From contig NW_013547018.1 of the NCBI RefSeq assembly GCF_000711695.1, positions 62,001 through 126,000 on the forward strand: a stretch of 64,000 bases of DNA, written 5' to 3'. Origin of the DNA: Tilletiaria anomala UBC 951 (lineage: Eukaryota). Position numbers and translations under genes: made by a program. Positions within the stretch are counted from its first letter, which is position 1. Every line of letters begins with the position of its first letter. Shown in pieces: positions 1 to 12,434 of this stretch. The notes under the pieces were generated by a model. It was not told where the DNA came from. It searched no databases and was given only the letters and a program-made list of their open reading frames with translations.

Positions 1-1201
1 CCGAGCTCGACAAACGCCTGAATCTTCCTAGCGTGCTCGGCGCTAACGAGCGGGCCAGTCTCGCTGGCGGGGTCGAGGCCGTCGCCCATGCGGACGTTGC
101 GCGCCTTGTCAACAACCTTGGCGACGAGCGCGTCGGCGATGCTCTCGTCGACGATCAGACGCGCGCCGCTCGAGCACACCTGGCCCGAGTGAAGGAAGCA
201 CGCGGTCGCAACGATGTCGGCGGCCCAGTCGAGACCCATGCCGCTCCGCTCGGCCTGTGCGCCTGCTACGTCGGCAAAGACGACGTGCGGGTTCTTGCCG
301 CCGAGCTCGACGCAGCAGCGCTTGACGCCCGCGGCGCAGCTGGCGATAATGCGCGTCCCTGTCGCGAGACCGCCGGTGAACGAAACCAGGTCAACATCCG
401 CATGCGTCGTGAGCGCGTCGCCGATTGTAGCGCCGGACGCAGTCAACAGCTGGATCGCGCCAGCGGGGATGCCGACGGAGGCGTCGAGTAGGATTTTGCG
501 CACGAGGTAGATCGTCGACAGCGGCGTCACTTCGGACGGCTTGATGATCACCGGGTTGCCTGCCGCTAGCGCCGGCGCAAGCTTCCAGCAGACTTGCAGG
601 ATCGGCTAGTGCGGAGATAGCACAAGTAGGAGCGTGCTTGCAGTCAGCGTGGGGCAAAGTCACGCCGATGCAGAGCACGCCTAAGACGACTCACGTAGTT
701 CCAGGGCGTGATCAGCACGCATACACCAACCGGTTCGTGCGAGATGACACTGTTGGCGCTTTCAGGGATGGCGTCATGCTTGACCTGCTTGGGCTGGTCC
801 AGCTTGCGCGCCTCCTGCGCGTAGAAGCGAAAGACGGTGGTGACGTCGTCGACGTCGACCTTGCTCTCCTCGAGCGTCTTGCCCGTATCGATCGTCTCGA
901 CGCGCGCCAGCTCATCCTTGTGCTGCTGCAGCAGTGTGGCGATGCGCTCAAGGCTCTCGCAGCGCGCGCCGAACGTTGTGCGCGTATGGTCCGACCAGAC
1001 GTGCGTGTTGAAGAAGGCGCGCGCGGAGCTCACCGCGCGCTCAGCATCGCCGACGGACGCCTCGGACACGTGCTGGATCACTGAGTTGTCCACCGGGTTG
1101 ATCGTCGCACGCCGTGCGCCCGACGATGAGGGCACCCACTCGCCGGCGATGAAGAGCGTCGGCTCGGCGACAGCCGGGCAGAGCGCGTGCGAGGTGCTCA
1201 T
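1..1201 (-). CDS. Aldehyde dehydrogenase, betaine-aldehyde dehydrogenase-like (3' end beyond window start)
   Basis: MSTSHALC..LFIAGEW..INPVDN..ETIDTGKTL..EPVGVCVLITPWNY / PILQVCWKLAPALAAGNPVIIKPSEVTPLS..ELGGKNP ALDH motifs; intron 606-694 (GTGAGT..TAG on minus). Confidence 0.88.
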
Positions 1202-2683
1202 ATTGCGTGGACAGGGGCGCTGTGATGCGGAGCTCCAGCACAATGTGCGATTCTCCGATAGATGTGGCACAAGGAGGGAGGCGATCTGACAGTGTGCAAG
1301 CAGATTGCAGGCGTCAGCAATGCTTACATCTGGCATGCAGGAATCCAAGAAAAGAGTGCAGGCCCAGGCGGAGTTGTCGATCCCAAGGCGTCGTTCGTGT
1401 CAGAGTGTGATTAATCATGTTTTCCTCAATGCCACTTTTGGTAGCAGGTAGGAGTTGGATTGTTCAATGTAATAAGAATTGTCTCATCTTTCGGCCATCC
1501 CATCCCTCTCTTTCCATGCTGTCCTCCTGGCCCTTGTCGTAAGCTCATGCTACATCCCCGTTTCGGCGGGCAGCGCTGTCATCCCCGAGTGAGGAGGCGC
1601 GTGTCAAGTGCTACTCACCCTGTGCGTCTGCGAGCGACCGAGAAATGAAGCTGTGCTGGTTGGGTGTTGCCTTTTGCGTTTACCGCCCGCAGGATACGCA
1701 CTTGGCCCACTGCTGACGGCGCCAGAGGCAACGACCACTCGGCGGAGATTGGCAGAGACCAACAGAGAGGGATGAGGCTGACGAGTTGGGACAGCACTGC
1801 GGAGCAGGCGCATCGACCGGGCTCGCGCAGACTCTAGCGATGGCCTGGAATCAAGCAGGCTTCCTCTCCTTTTCCTCAGTTTGGGGCATGGTCGGTCAGG
1901 GAAATGTTGTTGGCGACGGGTATGAGCTGATGTAGCTGCTTGCGACCACGACGGCGATGGCGATGGGGGCGACTTGGGTGGTGCTGCGTTTGTCCAGCGA
2001 GAAGTCCTTCGCTGTTGGTTCTTCTTGAATACGTTCTCGCTCGGAACGCGGAAGGTTTCTTTCTTTCTTTTTCGATTGGATTTTCATCTTTGTTTCTTTT
2101 CATTCCCCCGCTGGGTGTGGAGCAGAGCGAGGATACCAGCGCGTCCGCCGCACGCACCCGCTTGCTCAGCGTTGGTGCGCTGCTTGCTAAATGCTGGGCA
2201 GAACGAGAGCTCCCATCACATACGGACAGGAGGGACGTCCCTGCTCGGATTCTCACAGTGCAGAGGAGAGGAAGGGAGAGGAGTGTCAGATGTGAGCATC
2301 AACCTCTACTCTAGCAGGCAGGTGTGGCACAAGGAGGACGCAGACGCACTATCGCCTGTGCGGCCCCGACTGGTCGGCGGGGCCGTGGGTTGGCAGGCCG
2401 CCTGAATCGGGTGCACTTGTTTCCCCTTCCAGCAGACACACACTGACTGCTCCAGTGCCGCGTCAACTCAAGCGCACTGCCTCTCAACGCACCCTCTGCA
2501 AAGCGGCAGAGGTGTTCCACATGCCCACCGCACCCACACATGTTCTACCATTGAAAGCTGGCACAACCGTCTCGGTTCTGTTACATTGGCAATCACGTCG
2601 CATAGCGGGACTGGGTAGACGCAGCAGACTCATCCTTGCCGAAGCGACCGACGCTAGGCGGTCGAATAGAAGCAGCAGCAGTG

Positions 2684-5600
2684 ATGCCTTCTGCCAACAT
2701 GCTGGAAGCCGCCGGGTCGCCCAACTCTTCAGCAGTCCCCCCTGCCAGAACGACGCCGAGGTGCCATGCGCGGGCAGGAAAGGTGTCCAGTCTACTTTTT
2801 GTGCTACTCCTCCTCCTCTCCCTGTCTTCGTCGTCGCAGCTCAGCACGCCTTTTAGTAGCGTCGCAGCAGCGGCTACCAGCGCTGAAGGAGCGAGGTCCG
2901 AGCTCGATCCGCGCAACGTGCGCCAGCCGCATCACCCGCAGCCGCGCACGTACGACAGTCACCACTACTACGCGGTCGAGCTGGCACCCGCAGAAACAGG
3001 TCTTTTTCAGCCGCTCGACGTCGCCGTAGCGCTTGGTGCGGAGCTCGTCGAGCGTATCGGCGAGCTCGAGGGCCACTGGCTCGTGCGATTTCCCAAAGCG
3101 CAGATGCAGGCGCAAAATAGTGCCGAGGGGCTCGTCGCTCGGACGGATGAAGGGCTTGAGATACATGGGCACGGGGAGAGGCGCTGGATCGACTACGAAC
3201 TGCATGAAGATCCCGTCCTGAAGCGCTGGGACGGGCTCAAGACAAGGCCCGAGCTGGGGAAGCGGGCAGCGGCGGCGGCGGCGATCCGCTCGGTCGAGCG
3301 GCAAGAACCGCGGCAGCGCACCAAGCGCAACGCCATCTACTCTCCGTGGGACACACCGCACCTCTACGACCGAGGGCATCATGCCGGCGCGGACACGCCG
3401 TTAATGCAAAGGGACCACGCGGATTTTGACCCGCGCGCCGCGCGGCTGCCATGGCCACGCCACATTCCGGCACCAGAGGGTGCCAGTCCCGACCCGAGGG
3501 ACGACCCTGACTTCCTTGCATATGCGCCTGTAGCAGCACAAGCAGGGACACCGCGGTTTATCACGCGCAGTCGAGTTGTCGATCGCCGGCACTACAGCGG
3601 AGAAGGTGGCGACGAAGCAGCTTCGTCTTGCAACTCTACACTAGCGTTGGCTGCGCTCACGCGCCGCCGTCCGCCGTTGATACCAGACTCGCCGACGATG
3701 CGCATCGCGGACAAGTTCGACATCCACGACCCCATCTTCGCACAGCAGTGGCACCTTGCCAACGACAAGCGCATCGGCTTCGACCTCAACATCTCCGGAG
3801 TTTGGGAGCAAGGCATCTTTGGTAGGGGGGTCAATGTCGCGATGATCGATGATGGGATCGATATGTATTCAGACGACCTCAAGGATAACTTCGTGAGTCC
3901 ATGCTTGCAGCCCCTGGATGGAACGCTGCGCGGATCTTATTCTGAACTTCGACTCGCTCGCACGCCATCCAAACAGTACGCCGAAGGGTCGTATGACTTC
4001 AACAACCACGTCCCCCTGCCTGAGCCGCGCCTCCCGGAAGACCAGCACGGGACGCGCTGCGCTGGCGAGATCGCCGCGGTGAAGAACGACCGCTGTGGCG
4101 TTGGCGTCGCGTACAAGGCGCGCGTCTCCGGTCTACGCATCCTCTCTGGGCCCATCTCGGACGTCGACGAAGCGGCGGCACTCAACTACGACTACCAGCA
4201 GAACCACGTGTACTCGTGCTCGTGGGGCCCGCCAGACGATGGGCGTAGCATGGACGCGCCCAAAGGTCTTATCGCCAAAGCGATTCTCAACGGCGTGCAG
4301 AATGGGCGCGCTGGCAAGGGAAGCATCTTCGTCTTTGCCGGCGGCAATGGCGGCGGGGCAGACGACCAGTGCAACTTTGACGGCTACACCAACTCGATCT
4401 ACACCATGACCATCGCCGCGGTCAACCGCGAAGGGCAGCACCCGTACTACTCAGAGATGTGCAGCGCTAACATTGCCACCTCGTGGTCCTCCGGCGCCGG
4501 CGATCACATCCACACGACCGACGTCACGCGCAACGGCATACAGCGCTGCACCACCATGCACGGCGGCACTTCCGCTGCGGCGCCACTCGTCGCGGGCATC
4601 GCTGCGCTCGCGCTCGAGGCGCGTCCGGAACTCACATGGCGCGACATGCAGCACGTCGCTGTGCGCAGCGCGCAGATGATCAACCCGACCGACAAGGACT
4701 GGCAGCAGACGCAGGCGGGGCGTCACTACAACCACAAGTACGGCTACGGCATAATCGACGCGCACGCGTTCATCGAGGAGGCCAAGCGCCACAAGCTCGT
4801 CAAGGCGCAAGCGTGGCTCGAAAGCCCCAAGCTCGATATCGAGCCGACGCGCACGCTCATTCAGCAAGGGGGCGTCGAGAGCACGTTCAACGTCACCAAG
4901 GAGCTCCTGGTGCAGAACAACCTCGAGACCCTTGAGCACATCACAGTCCGCGTCTGGATTACCCACGAGCGCAGAGGCGACGTGCAGGTCGAGCTGACCA
5001 GCCCGCACGGCACGAAGAGCGTTCTTGCCAGGCCCAGGAGATTCGACGGGGCCAAAACGGGCTTCCCCGGTTGGGGCTTCATGACACTGAAGCATTGGTG
5101 AGTTCTGAGGTTTGTGCAAGGGGTTAGACTGCTGCAAGCGCTTACTCCTCTGTGTCTTGGGCCTCACAGGGACGAGAACCCAATCGGACAGTGGAAGATC
5201 CAGGTGTTCGACCGCTCGCATCCCAAGCAGACTGGCAATTTCCTCGCGTGGTCCATGATGCTCTGGGGTGCAAGTATCGACCCTTCCAAAGCAAAGCAAT
5301 GGACCTTCCCGCCGGGTAGCAAAGAGGCTCAGATCGAGTTGCCGGGCTATCCATCTGCCTCCAGCAGCGTCAGTGCCAGCGCCAAAGCATCCGTCACCAC
5401 GCAGCACGCCAAGCCCACCGCGCACCTTCCCAGCGATCATGGCACCGCGCACGGCGAGTCGCATCAGGACTTCACCAATGGCATGGTGACTGACCCGACG
5501 ACGCAGCAACCAGAGAAGCCCAAGGCTGACACGGGCTATCTGGCCAACCTGCGCAAGAACAGCGGCACGTGGCTCTTTGTCGCTGCGGGTGTCGTCTTCA

Positions 5601-6145
5601 TCTTTGCAGGCAGCGTCGTCGCCTTCTTTGTCATGCGGCGTAAGCGCTCGCCAGGTGGTGGTGGTGCGGGCGGCTCGGCCAGATATGAGTTCGTGCCCGA
5701 GGACGAAGACGTCGCGATGGGATCGCTGGAACGTGGCGGCGGTGCTGGTGGTGAGACGCGCGGCTCGAAGCGCGCACGCACCAAGGAGCTGTATGACGCC
5801 TGTGGCGATGTTGCTAGCGAGGAAGAGGACGATGAACAGAACCAGTCTGGCCATCATACGTCACTCGCGCGTGGCATCTATCACGACGATGAGGAGGAAG
5901 AAGAAGGCGACACGCGCTTCTCCATTGGCGGACCCGGCTCGGCCATCACGCCGACCAGTGCAGTCACCGCGGAGCGCTACCGCGACGAGCCCGAAGGTGA
6001 CCGCGATCCCGCGATCCCGTCTTCGTCTGGCAACGACGATGAGAAGCGCAGAGCCGAGGAGGACCTTCTGTTCGATGTCGGCAATGAAGAGGGCGATGAC
6101 GCAGGCAGTGGAGGGTCATGGCAGGACGCCAAGTCAGAAAGTTGA
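2684..6145 (+). CDS. KEX2: Kexin (subtilisin-like proprotein convertase)
   Basis: Hydrophobic signal, propeptide with RTKR site, catalytic IDDG / HGTRCAGE / GNGG / HGGTSAAAP, P-domain (LEHITVRVWITHERRGD), TM segment, acidic tail; introns 3893-3976 and 5098-5169; start codon uncertain (2684 or 2699). Confidence 0.95.
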
Positions 6146-6470
6146 AGCGACGACGGAGCATGTACCATATACAGACTTTATGCGCAAGAAGGGATTAGAT
6201 TGCAGTATCCAGTCTGTCGTTCAAAATGCTCCGAGCGGAGCAATGCTGCAATTTGTAATCATGGACGTGCCGAAGTCACACGGGCCACGATACATCCGCA
6301 GCCCGCTTGCAAATTGCACCCAATCTGGATCCATAAAAGCGTGATGACTAACGTCAGGATTTTCCTTCACTGCCTTTCCTTCGACAAAGCGACAAATTGC
6401 TGGATGAATCTTTGCAATTGAAAGGGAACGACGCAAACTAGATCGCCGAACATTCGTGAAGGCATCAACC

Positions 6471-7622
6471 ATGTCGACGCCAGCGGAACCTTATCTCGAG
6501 GTTCACCCTGTCGCCTTGGCGCTTTCGATCGTGTTGGCGGTACAAGGCGTTGCCAAAGGCAGTCTGGCCTTGTCGGGTGGATTCGCTGCTGCCTTGATGG
6601 GTTATGCGCATCTAGCCAACCCAAATCCCACGTTTGGCTATCTTTTGCTAGCGTTTTACATTGTCGGCTCACGGGCAACCAAAGTCAAGGCGGGCGTCAA
6701 AGCGAAGCTCGAACGTGAACAGCATCAAGGAAAGGCGAGCAGTAGCAAAGGGCATGGTCACAAAGCAAGTACGGGAGGGCAACGAGATGCTTTGCAGGTC
6801 CTCTGCAATGCACTACCAGGTGAGCTGCCCTGTTAAAATTGCATGGTTAATTGAGATTCTTACGGGGCTGCTTCCTGTATTGCAGCTGCTGTGGCAGCGG
6901 CCACATATCGTCTGCTGTTTTCGACAGAGCGAGGGCTACAAGGCAACGTGGTTCGAAATGCATTTGGGAAGCATTGGAGCAAGGCGTTTCTAGGCGACGT
7001 TGTCGTTCTACCTTGCTCATCCCTCAGCAGCTCCGCATTGGCGAATGCAACACCATCCCCTAATCTCGTCGTGGCAGCGCGAATGTGTCTGCTGTTCGCA
7101 TTGGGCCATTATGCGTGTTGCATGGGTGATGTACTGGCCTCGGAGCTAGGCATTCTCTCACGCAGCCCGCCACGGCTCATCACCAATCTTGCGCGCATCG
7201 TACCGCCGGGGACCAACGGCGGAGTAAGCTTAATTGGGACGGGATGGAGCGCAGCGGGCGGACTGTTCATCGGCCTGGTCACTTTTGCAGCAGACGTGCT
7301 GCTCCACTGTAGAGCATCCGACAGACCTGTGTTCATTAGGGGGCTCGAGTTGGCACTGCTCGGGAGCCTCGCCGGCTTCACAGGAAGCATGATCGATTCT
7401 GTCCTGGGAGCAACCCTCCAGCGAACTTGGTACAGCCGCGAAACCAAACAGGTTTTGATTGGTGGGCCTGCTGATCCAAAAAGACTTTCGCCTTACGGAA
7501 AGGATGAAGAGGACTGGATTGTCATGACGGGCGCCAACGTCTTGAGCAACAACGCAGTCAATATTGTCTCTGCCGTGGCAACCGCTACTTTGACGGCATT
7601 CGCCGGGTGGCTGCTTCTTTGA
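6471..7622 (+). CDS. TMEM19 / DUF92 family integral membrane protein
   Basis: GGQRDALQVLCN, GDVLASELG, VPPGTNGGVSLIGT, GSMIDSVLGATLQ, LSNNAVN motifs; intron 6820-6885. Confidence 0.9.
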
Positions 7623-7707
7623 GCCCTGACTCCTACAAGTGAGGCAAATTCTCACGCTCGGAACTATACAATAGATTTGTAGATCGTCCGCCTGATATAG
7701 ACATGTG

Positions 7708-9210
7708 CTACGCCACCAAGTCTGCAAGTCCTCTCGCCGCGCCATGCGACTGCTCGTCATCGCACCTCCCGTTTGCCCTGCCCCTAAGACGTCTTGGCGT
7801 GAACTCTACAGTCTTGTGCTCTCGAAGTTCGTTGCGCGCCATGGACGAGTGTCCTTGCACCCAGCACTCGCCGCAGTATAAGTCGCCGTCACAGCCTGTG
7901 CAGCGCAATGTAGCGTCGGTATTGCATATTTCACACCAACAGAGAGTCTCGTCGTTATCGCCGCTGGTACCGCAGTCATCGTAATCACTATCATTGCCAG
8001 CAAGCCGAGACGACACGCCCGAGACGAACGATGAACTATAATTGTCTGCCGAGAAGCTGCATGTGCTAGGATGGACGGGATGCTTTGGTGTTGAGGGAAG
8101 ACCAAACCCGCTCAGAATTTCAGCCTTCGTCGAGCCCTGAGACCATTTCGGAGCAGACGATTTTGGCCTCGCTCGAGCCTCATTTGCCTTCAGTGCATCA
8201 AGACGTGCTTGGAGAGACCCAGGATCTGCTTTTGTGGTATTCAGACGGACCAGCTTGGAAAAGGATGAGAGATCGGATGGAAGCCCCTCATCTTGTGACG
8301 AGAAGAAGTTAGAGGAGGTTTGTAAGTTGGGATGAGAAGTCGGTGCCGATGGAAGCTTGAGCATCGCCGCAGCTGCCAGATTGTCTCTAGACGATTCATC
8401 CGTGACTGATGAACCACAAGGAGGGAACGCACTTTCGACCGGTGGGGAGGGGCTGCGCGTGCCTCGGAGCTTCACAAGCCTTGCAACGAGCTCATCAGCC
8501 TCCTTGTCTGTGTCGTCGCCTTCTTTCGGAGCATCGACGTGGAACTCTTCATTTGAGGCGTCTTCGGGGCCTCCCAGCCCACCCTCCATCGCATCTGCCA
8601 GGCAGGCCTCAAGGTCAATGGTTGCACCACCTTGAGACGCTTCGGCGTACAAGCCAGCTTGCAAGGCGGGCCGACCCTCGTTCTCTAGGATGAGCTTGCT
8701 GCTCGTCTCGCTATTTGGCGGCACAGTCTTAGATGTTGATGCCAAAGGGGGTTCTGCAAGCTCTGCGACACCAGCATTGAAATCCTGGGCCTTCAATTCC
8801 TGCCACTGTGTAAATGCAATCTCGGCGTCCAATTGAGAGCTTTTGGATGCGATGCTCAACTCTCGATTGAATGTTCTTGCCCAATCTCCAAAGCAAGCGT
8901 TGTGGTCGCTCGTTGCGCCGTCCTCCCCATCAGCTAAAGTGTCCCTGAGGTAGTCGGGGATGGAAGAGTCACGGCTATGGAAAAGCTCCGCCTCGAAATC
9001 AACCTCATCCTGGATCCGAAGGGTTACGTCTTGAGCTTCGTCCTGCCGGCAAGTTGCAGCCGCTAATTGCTCGCAAGGCTGAGTACTTCGAATATAACTT
9101 AGGTGCGCGCTCGAGGATGAATACGATAATTGCGCCGGCTTCGATGCAGTTGCTGCCGCACTTGCGCTTGCTTCTCTTAGACGGCGCAATCGGTCCCTCA
9201 GGTCAGACAT
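7708..9210 (-). CDS. ZFYVE19/ANCHR-like protein with C-terminal B-box-type zinc finger
   Basis: C-terminal WCEICNTDATLRCTGCDGDLYCGECWVQGH..H and a LPSAPT-type motif; ATG at 9210 (MSDLRDRLRRL) within ORF 7708-9324. Confidence 0.75.
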   Translation of the reverse strand: MSDLRDRLRRLREASASAAATASKPAQLSYSSSSAHLSYIRSTQPCEQLAAATCRQDEAQDVTLRIQDEVDFEAELFHSRDSSIPDYLRDTLADGEDGATSDHNACFGDWARTFNRELSIASKSSQLDAEIAFTQWQELKAQDFNAGVAELAEPPLASTSKTVPPNSETSSKLILENEGRPALQAGLYAEASQGGATIDLEACLADAMEGGLGGPEDASNEEFHVDAPKEGDDTDKEADELVARLVKLRGTRSPSPPVESAFPPCGSSVTDESSRDNLAAAAMLKLPSAPTSHPNLQTSSNFFSSQDEGLPSDLSSFSKLVRLNTTKADPGSLQARLDALKANEARARPKSSAPKWSQGSTKAEILSGFGLPSTPKHPVHPSTCSFSADNYSSSFVSGVSSRLAGNDSDYDDCGTSGDNDETLCWCEICNTDATLRCTGCDGDLYCGECWVQGHSSMARNELREHKTVEFTPRRLRGRANGRCDDEQSHGAARGLADLVA

Positions 9211-12200
9211 GACCTGATCACTGCTGAAGAAACTACAGCATATGGGCGACGAGACCAGTTCGGTGCCCCGGCTCGTTTCACTGCTCGACTTGACTCGGTG
9301 CTGAACGGTGGTATAGCTGGTCACGGGCGATGACCAGCGGTCAGCATAAGTGAGAGACGGGGCTTTTTATGAGCGCTACCTGAAGCGGCATAATGCTGCA
9401 CCCACTAACAAGCCAGAGGTCGATGATAGACATTCAAATTGTGGGTCGAGTGCGCAAATTCCCAAGGCAACTACATGAAATAAGAGGGACCTAGGGATGT
9501 GGCTGAAGCACCGTCTACACAGTACCCTCGTCTCCTAGTCTTTACACCCATGAAAGTGCTCGTCGTAACGCATAGACTAACCCCAGAAGGGGGAAGTGCA
9601 TCAAGCGCTGCTGACCAGACCAACGAGCCACGAAAGAACATAAAAGTACGTACAGGTCTACATGAACGCATGAATGCATAATGCATGAATGGTGAATGCC
9701 GGCCATGGACAAAGACCTGGACAGACGCTGCGAGTCGTGAGCTTGCGATACTATTGCGAGCCTTGCGACAGCATGGAGTGCGGATTGTCGGATACTTAAA
9801 GCTGACCTGGAAACTGTGAGGGCCTCGGGCGGAAACCCCAGAAGCACGATAACTTATGAGCACTTTGGCGCGGGGGTCGTACCAGCGCCTCAGAAAGAGA
9901 AATGGCCTCAAAAAGGCGATTACACGACGGTGCGTGACAAAGATCCCAAGGCAACATGAAGAGCCCTTACAGTTTAGCACCTTCAACACAATATGGTCAA
10001 ATCTCTGAGTTCTGCACAACTGCAAGCTCCAAGCTCAAGGGTAAACGCGCTTACAAGCAAGTAGCGTTCTTGGGGCACAACAAGCTCAACGTTTTGTCGC
10101 CATAATGATAGAAAACGCTTGCATGAGGAACTGCTTCGCCCTCATGTTGCGTGGGAAGGGGGGGGATTGGGATGCCAGAAACGGAGCATGGAGTGCTGGA
10201 GGTGCTAAACATGTAGGCGTTTACCTACGTTTGGTCCTGCTTTGTCCATCTGGCCGCACCGCTTCCCGCATGTCCACACACAAAGGGTGATGTAGGTGTG
10301 CACAAGGCGGACATGGGCCCTGCCCCCTCCCTACCGTATGTGTTTGTAACACACAGAAAACCTGACCAACATCTGGTGATTGCCGGTACGTACTTGTAAT
10401 ACCAGGGCTGACCCTGGCTTAAGTGGCTGGCGCCTGCCTGGAGTACTTGATGCCTGGTTGACGCCACGGGCTAGCCCTGGCGGAACAGATTCGCTCATAC
10501 CGTTGCAGAGTATGGTACTGGGCAGACAGTGGCCTGCGCAATGCCCGCCCGTCATGCTCGGCAGTAGCTCACTACCGCCGGACCGAGAAGCCGAATCACC
10601 GCAATGTAATGTAAATGTAACCCGTATATGCAGGAACAGAGACTAAAAATAGTGAAACTGCCAATGTTCCAGAGTGCTGCACCTGTGGGCGCATTGTGCC
10701 TTGATACGTTTTTGGCAACTAGCGTGGGACATTATGTATGTCTACATCCCACTTGGCCCGCAACTCTTTTGCAGCTGCCCTGTGGGGCTTTTGGCCTTTG
10801 CCTTTAGGGCATATGCATAAAATGCTCTCACTGACTGGATGATGGCTGGATGCATCGGCCCTCGAAGTTCCAACAAGGATGCATTGTTCCCGTTCCCAGG
10901 AGAATGGGCACGCCGCTCGGTGATGGAGTGGTGCAAAGGCTGAAAATGCTGGTCTGAGAAGTGCCAAAATAGGCAGCATGGCTGAAGCGTCAAAGGTCAG
11001 AAGCACACACCTTGTTGCATGCTCATGAGGACGCCTGACGTACATGCATAGTGCTGTGCGGCGCCTGTTCCCATTCCTTTCGATTTTGGCTGTGTCCCAG
11101 GGTGAGGTGGGAAGCGACCTGGCCCCTTGAAGTCTTCAACGTTCGAGGTGCCTCTTGCCAGGTGTTAGCTCGCGGGTTTCTTTGTTAGCGAGGTCTCACT
11201 GTTCCCCCTGGCAATGTGGGTCTAAGTCACTATTCGGCAAAATATGAGCAACGGCAAACCCGAATCTTCCTGATCCAGCCACTCACAAAATCACAACTGT
11301 CCACCATACACGTTGAAGAGAGGCTTTGAATCTTGATGAGGGCAGGGACGGATGAGGCGTTGAGAGGCTGCGTGCCGGGTGCGTCCGCATGATCTCCACT
11401 TGGCAACCTTCCATCATCGTTCCTAACCTCACCCCGCCCCCCACTCCAACGCAGCCCAATGCATTCAGGCATACACTCATCCGATGAATGTTTCTGCAGT
11501 CTGCAAAACCTCTAGTAGTCTCCTTTGGCTCCCTCCCCATGCACCATATCCGGTGATGAGCACTTCGACACATCGGGGCGAGCCGAATATGAGCCGAATA
11601 TCCATCAGTCGGCTCTTTCCTAGCGCGACGCAGCATTGAGCAAGAATGCGTCTTTTCATTCACCCTCCCCCCTTGGGGCTCGCGACTTTGTCCCCTGATG
11701 ATTAACTCTTCTGAACGGCGCATCTCGCGCCATGCGATCTGCCATCCCTCTCCTGCCCTCCCCGCCTCACACGTGTCTGTATGGGTGCTGTGGAGTGCAA
11801 TTTAGCGCTGTAGTGATTCGGCCTTCTTCATTTGCGCCTCTTCCTTCCCTTCTGCGTCCCGCCAGCAGTGCTACCCCAGGAGACCCCGGAACATGACCGC
11901 TTACCGAAGCGAACGTCGAACATTGGCTTGGCAGGGTCGAGTGAAGCCGCTTTAGTCCTCAAATTGAACGCATTGGGGTTTTCCAGTTACGCTTGCACAC
12001 GGTCTTGCATTCTGCATATCGCAAGCAGGGCACGGCTGCACACGTGACGGATGTGATCGGACGATGAATGCTGGCGCGTTCCTTTCCGCTCCGCCTTCCT
12101 GATCACTTCCTCTCCCCACGTGTTGTGGGAGGCGCAAGTCCCAGTGTCCCAACCAGGACATTGGGGGGAGTTCCAGCAAACAGTCCCTGTTCTCAACCGG

Positions 12201-12434
12201 GGCCCTCAGCTCTCCACGCTCCGAGGCGCGCTCTACGGACAACCGCTTTTGTATAAGCATCGACTCAGTAACAGGTCCCCGTCGGTGTTCCCCTCCCCGC
12301 CTCAGGGAACCTCCGTGTTGATTTGGCATCTTCTATGAGGCCCATTCTCCTCATTCACCACAACCAAAACGGAATTAGGATCCAGCACTCTGCCCAGGAA
12401 ACTGCAAAGCAACCCGCTCCATCCTGCGAGCAAG

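Noticed and set aside
4451..5857. 468-aa antisense ORF (and many similar shadow ORFs across the window)
   Set aside because: Lies opposite KEX2; long antisense frames are expected in GC-rich coding DNA and show no recognisable motifs.
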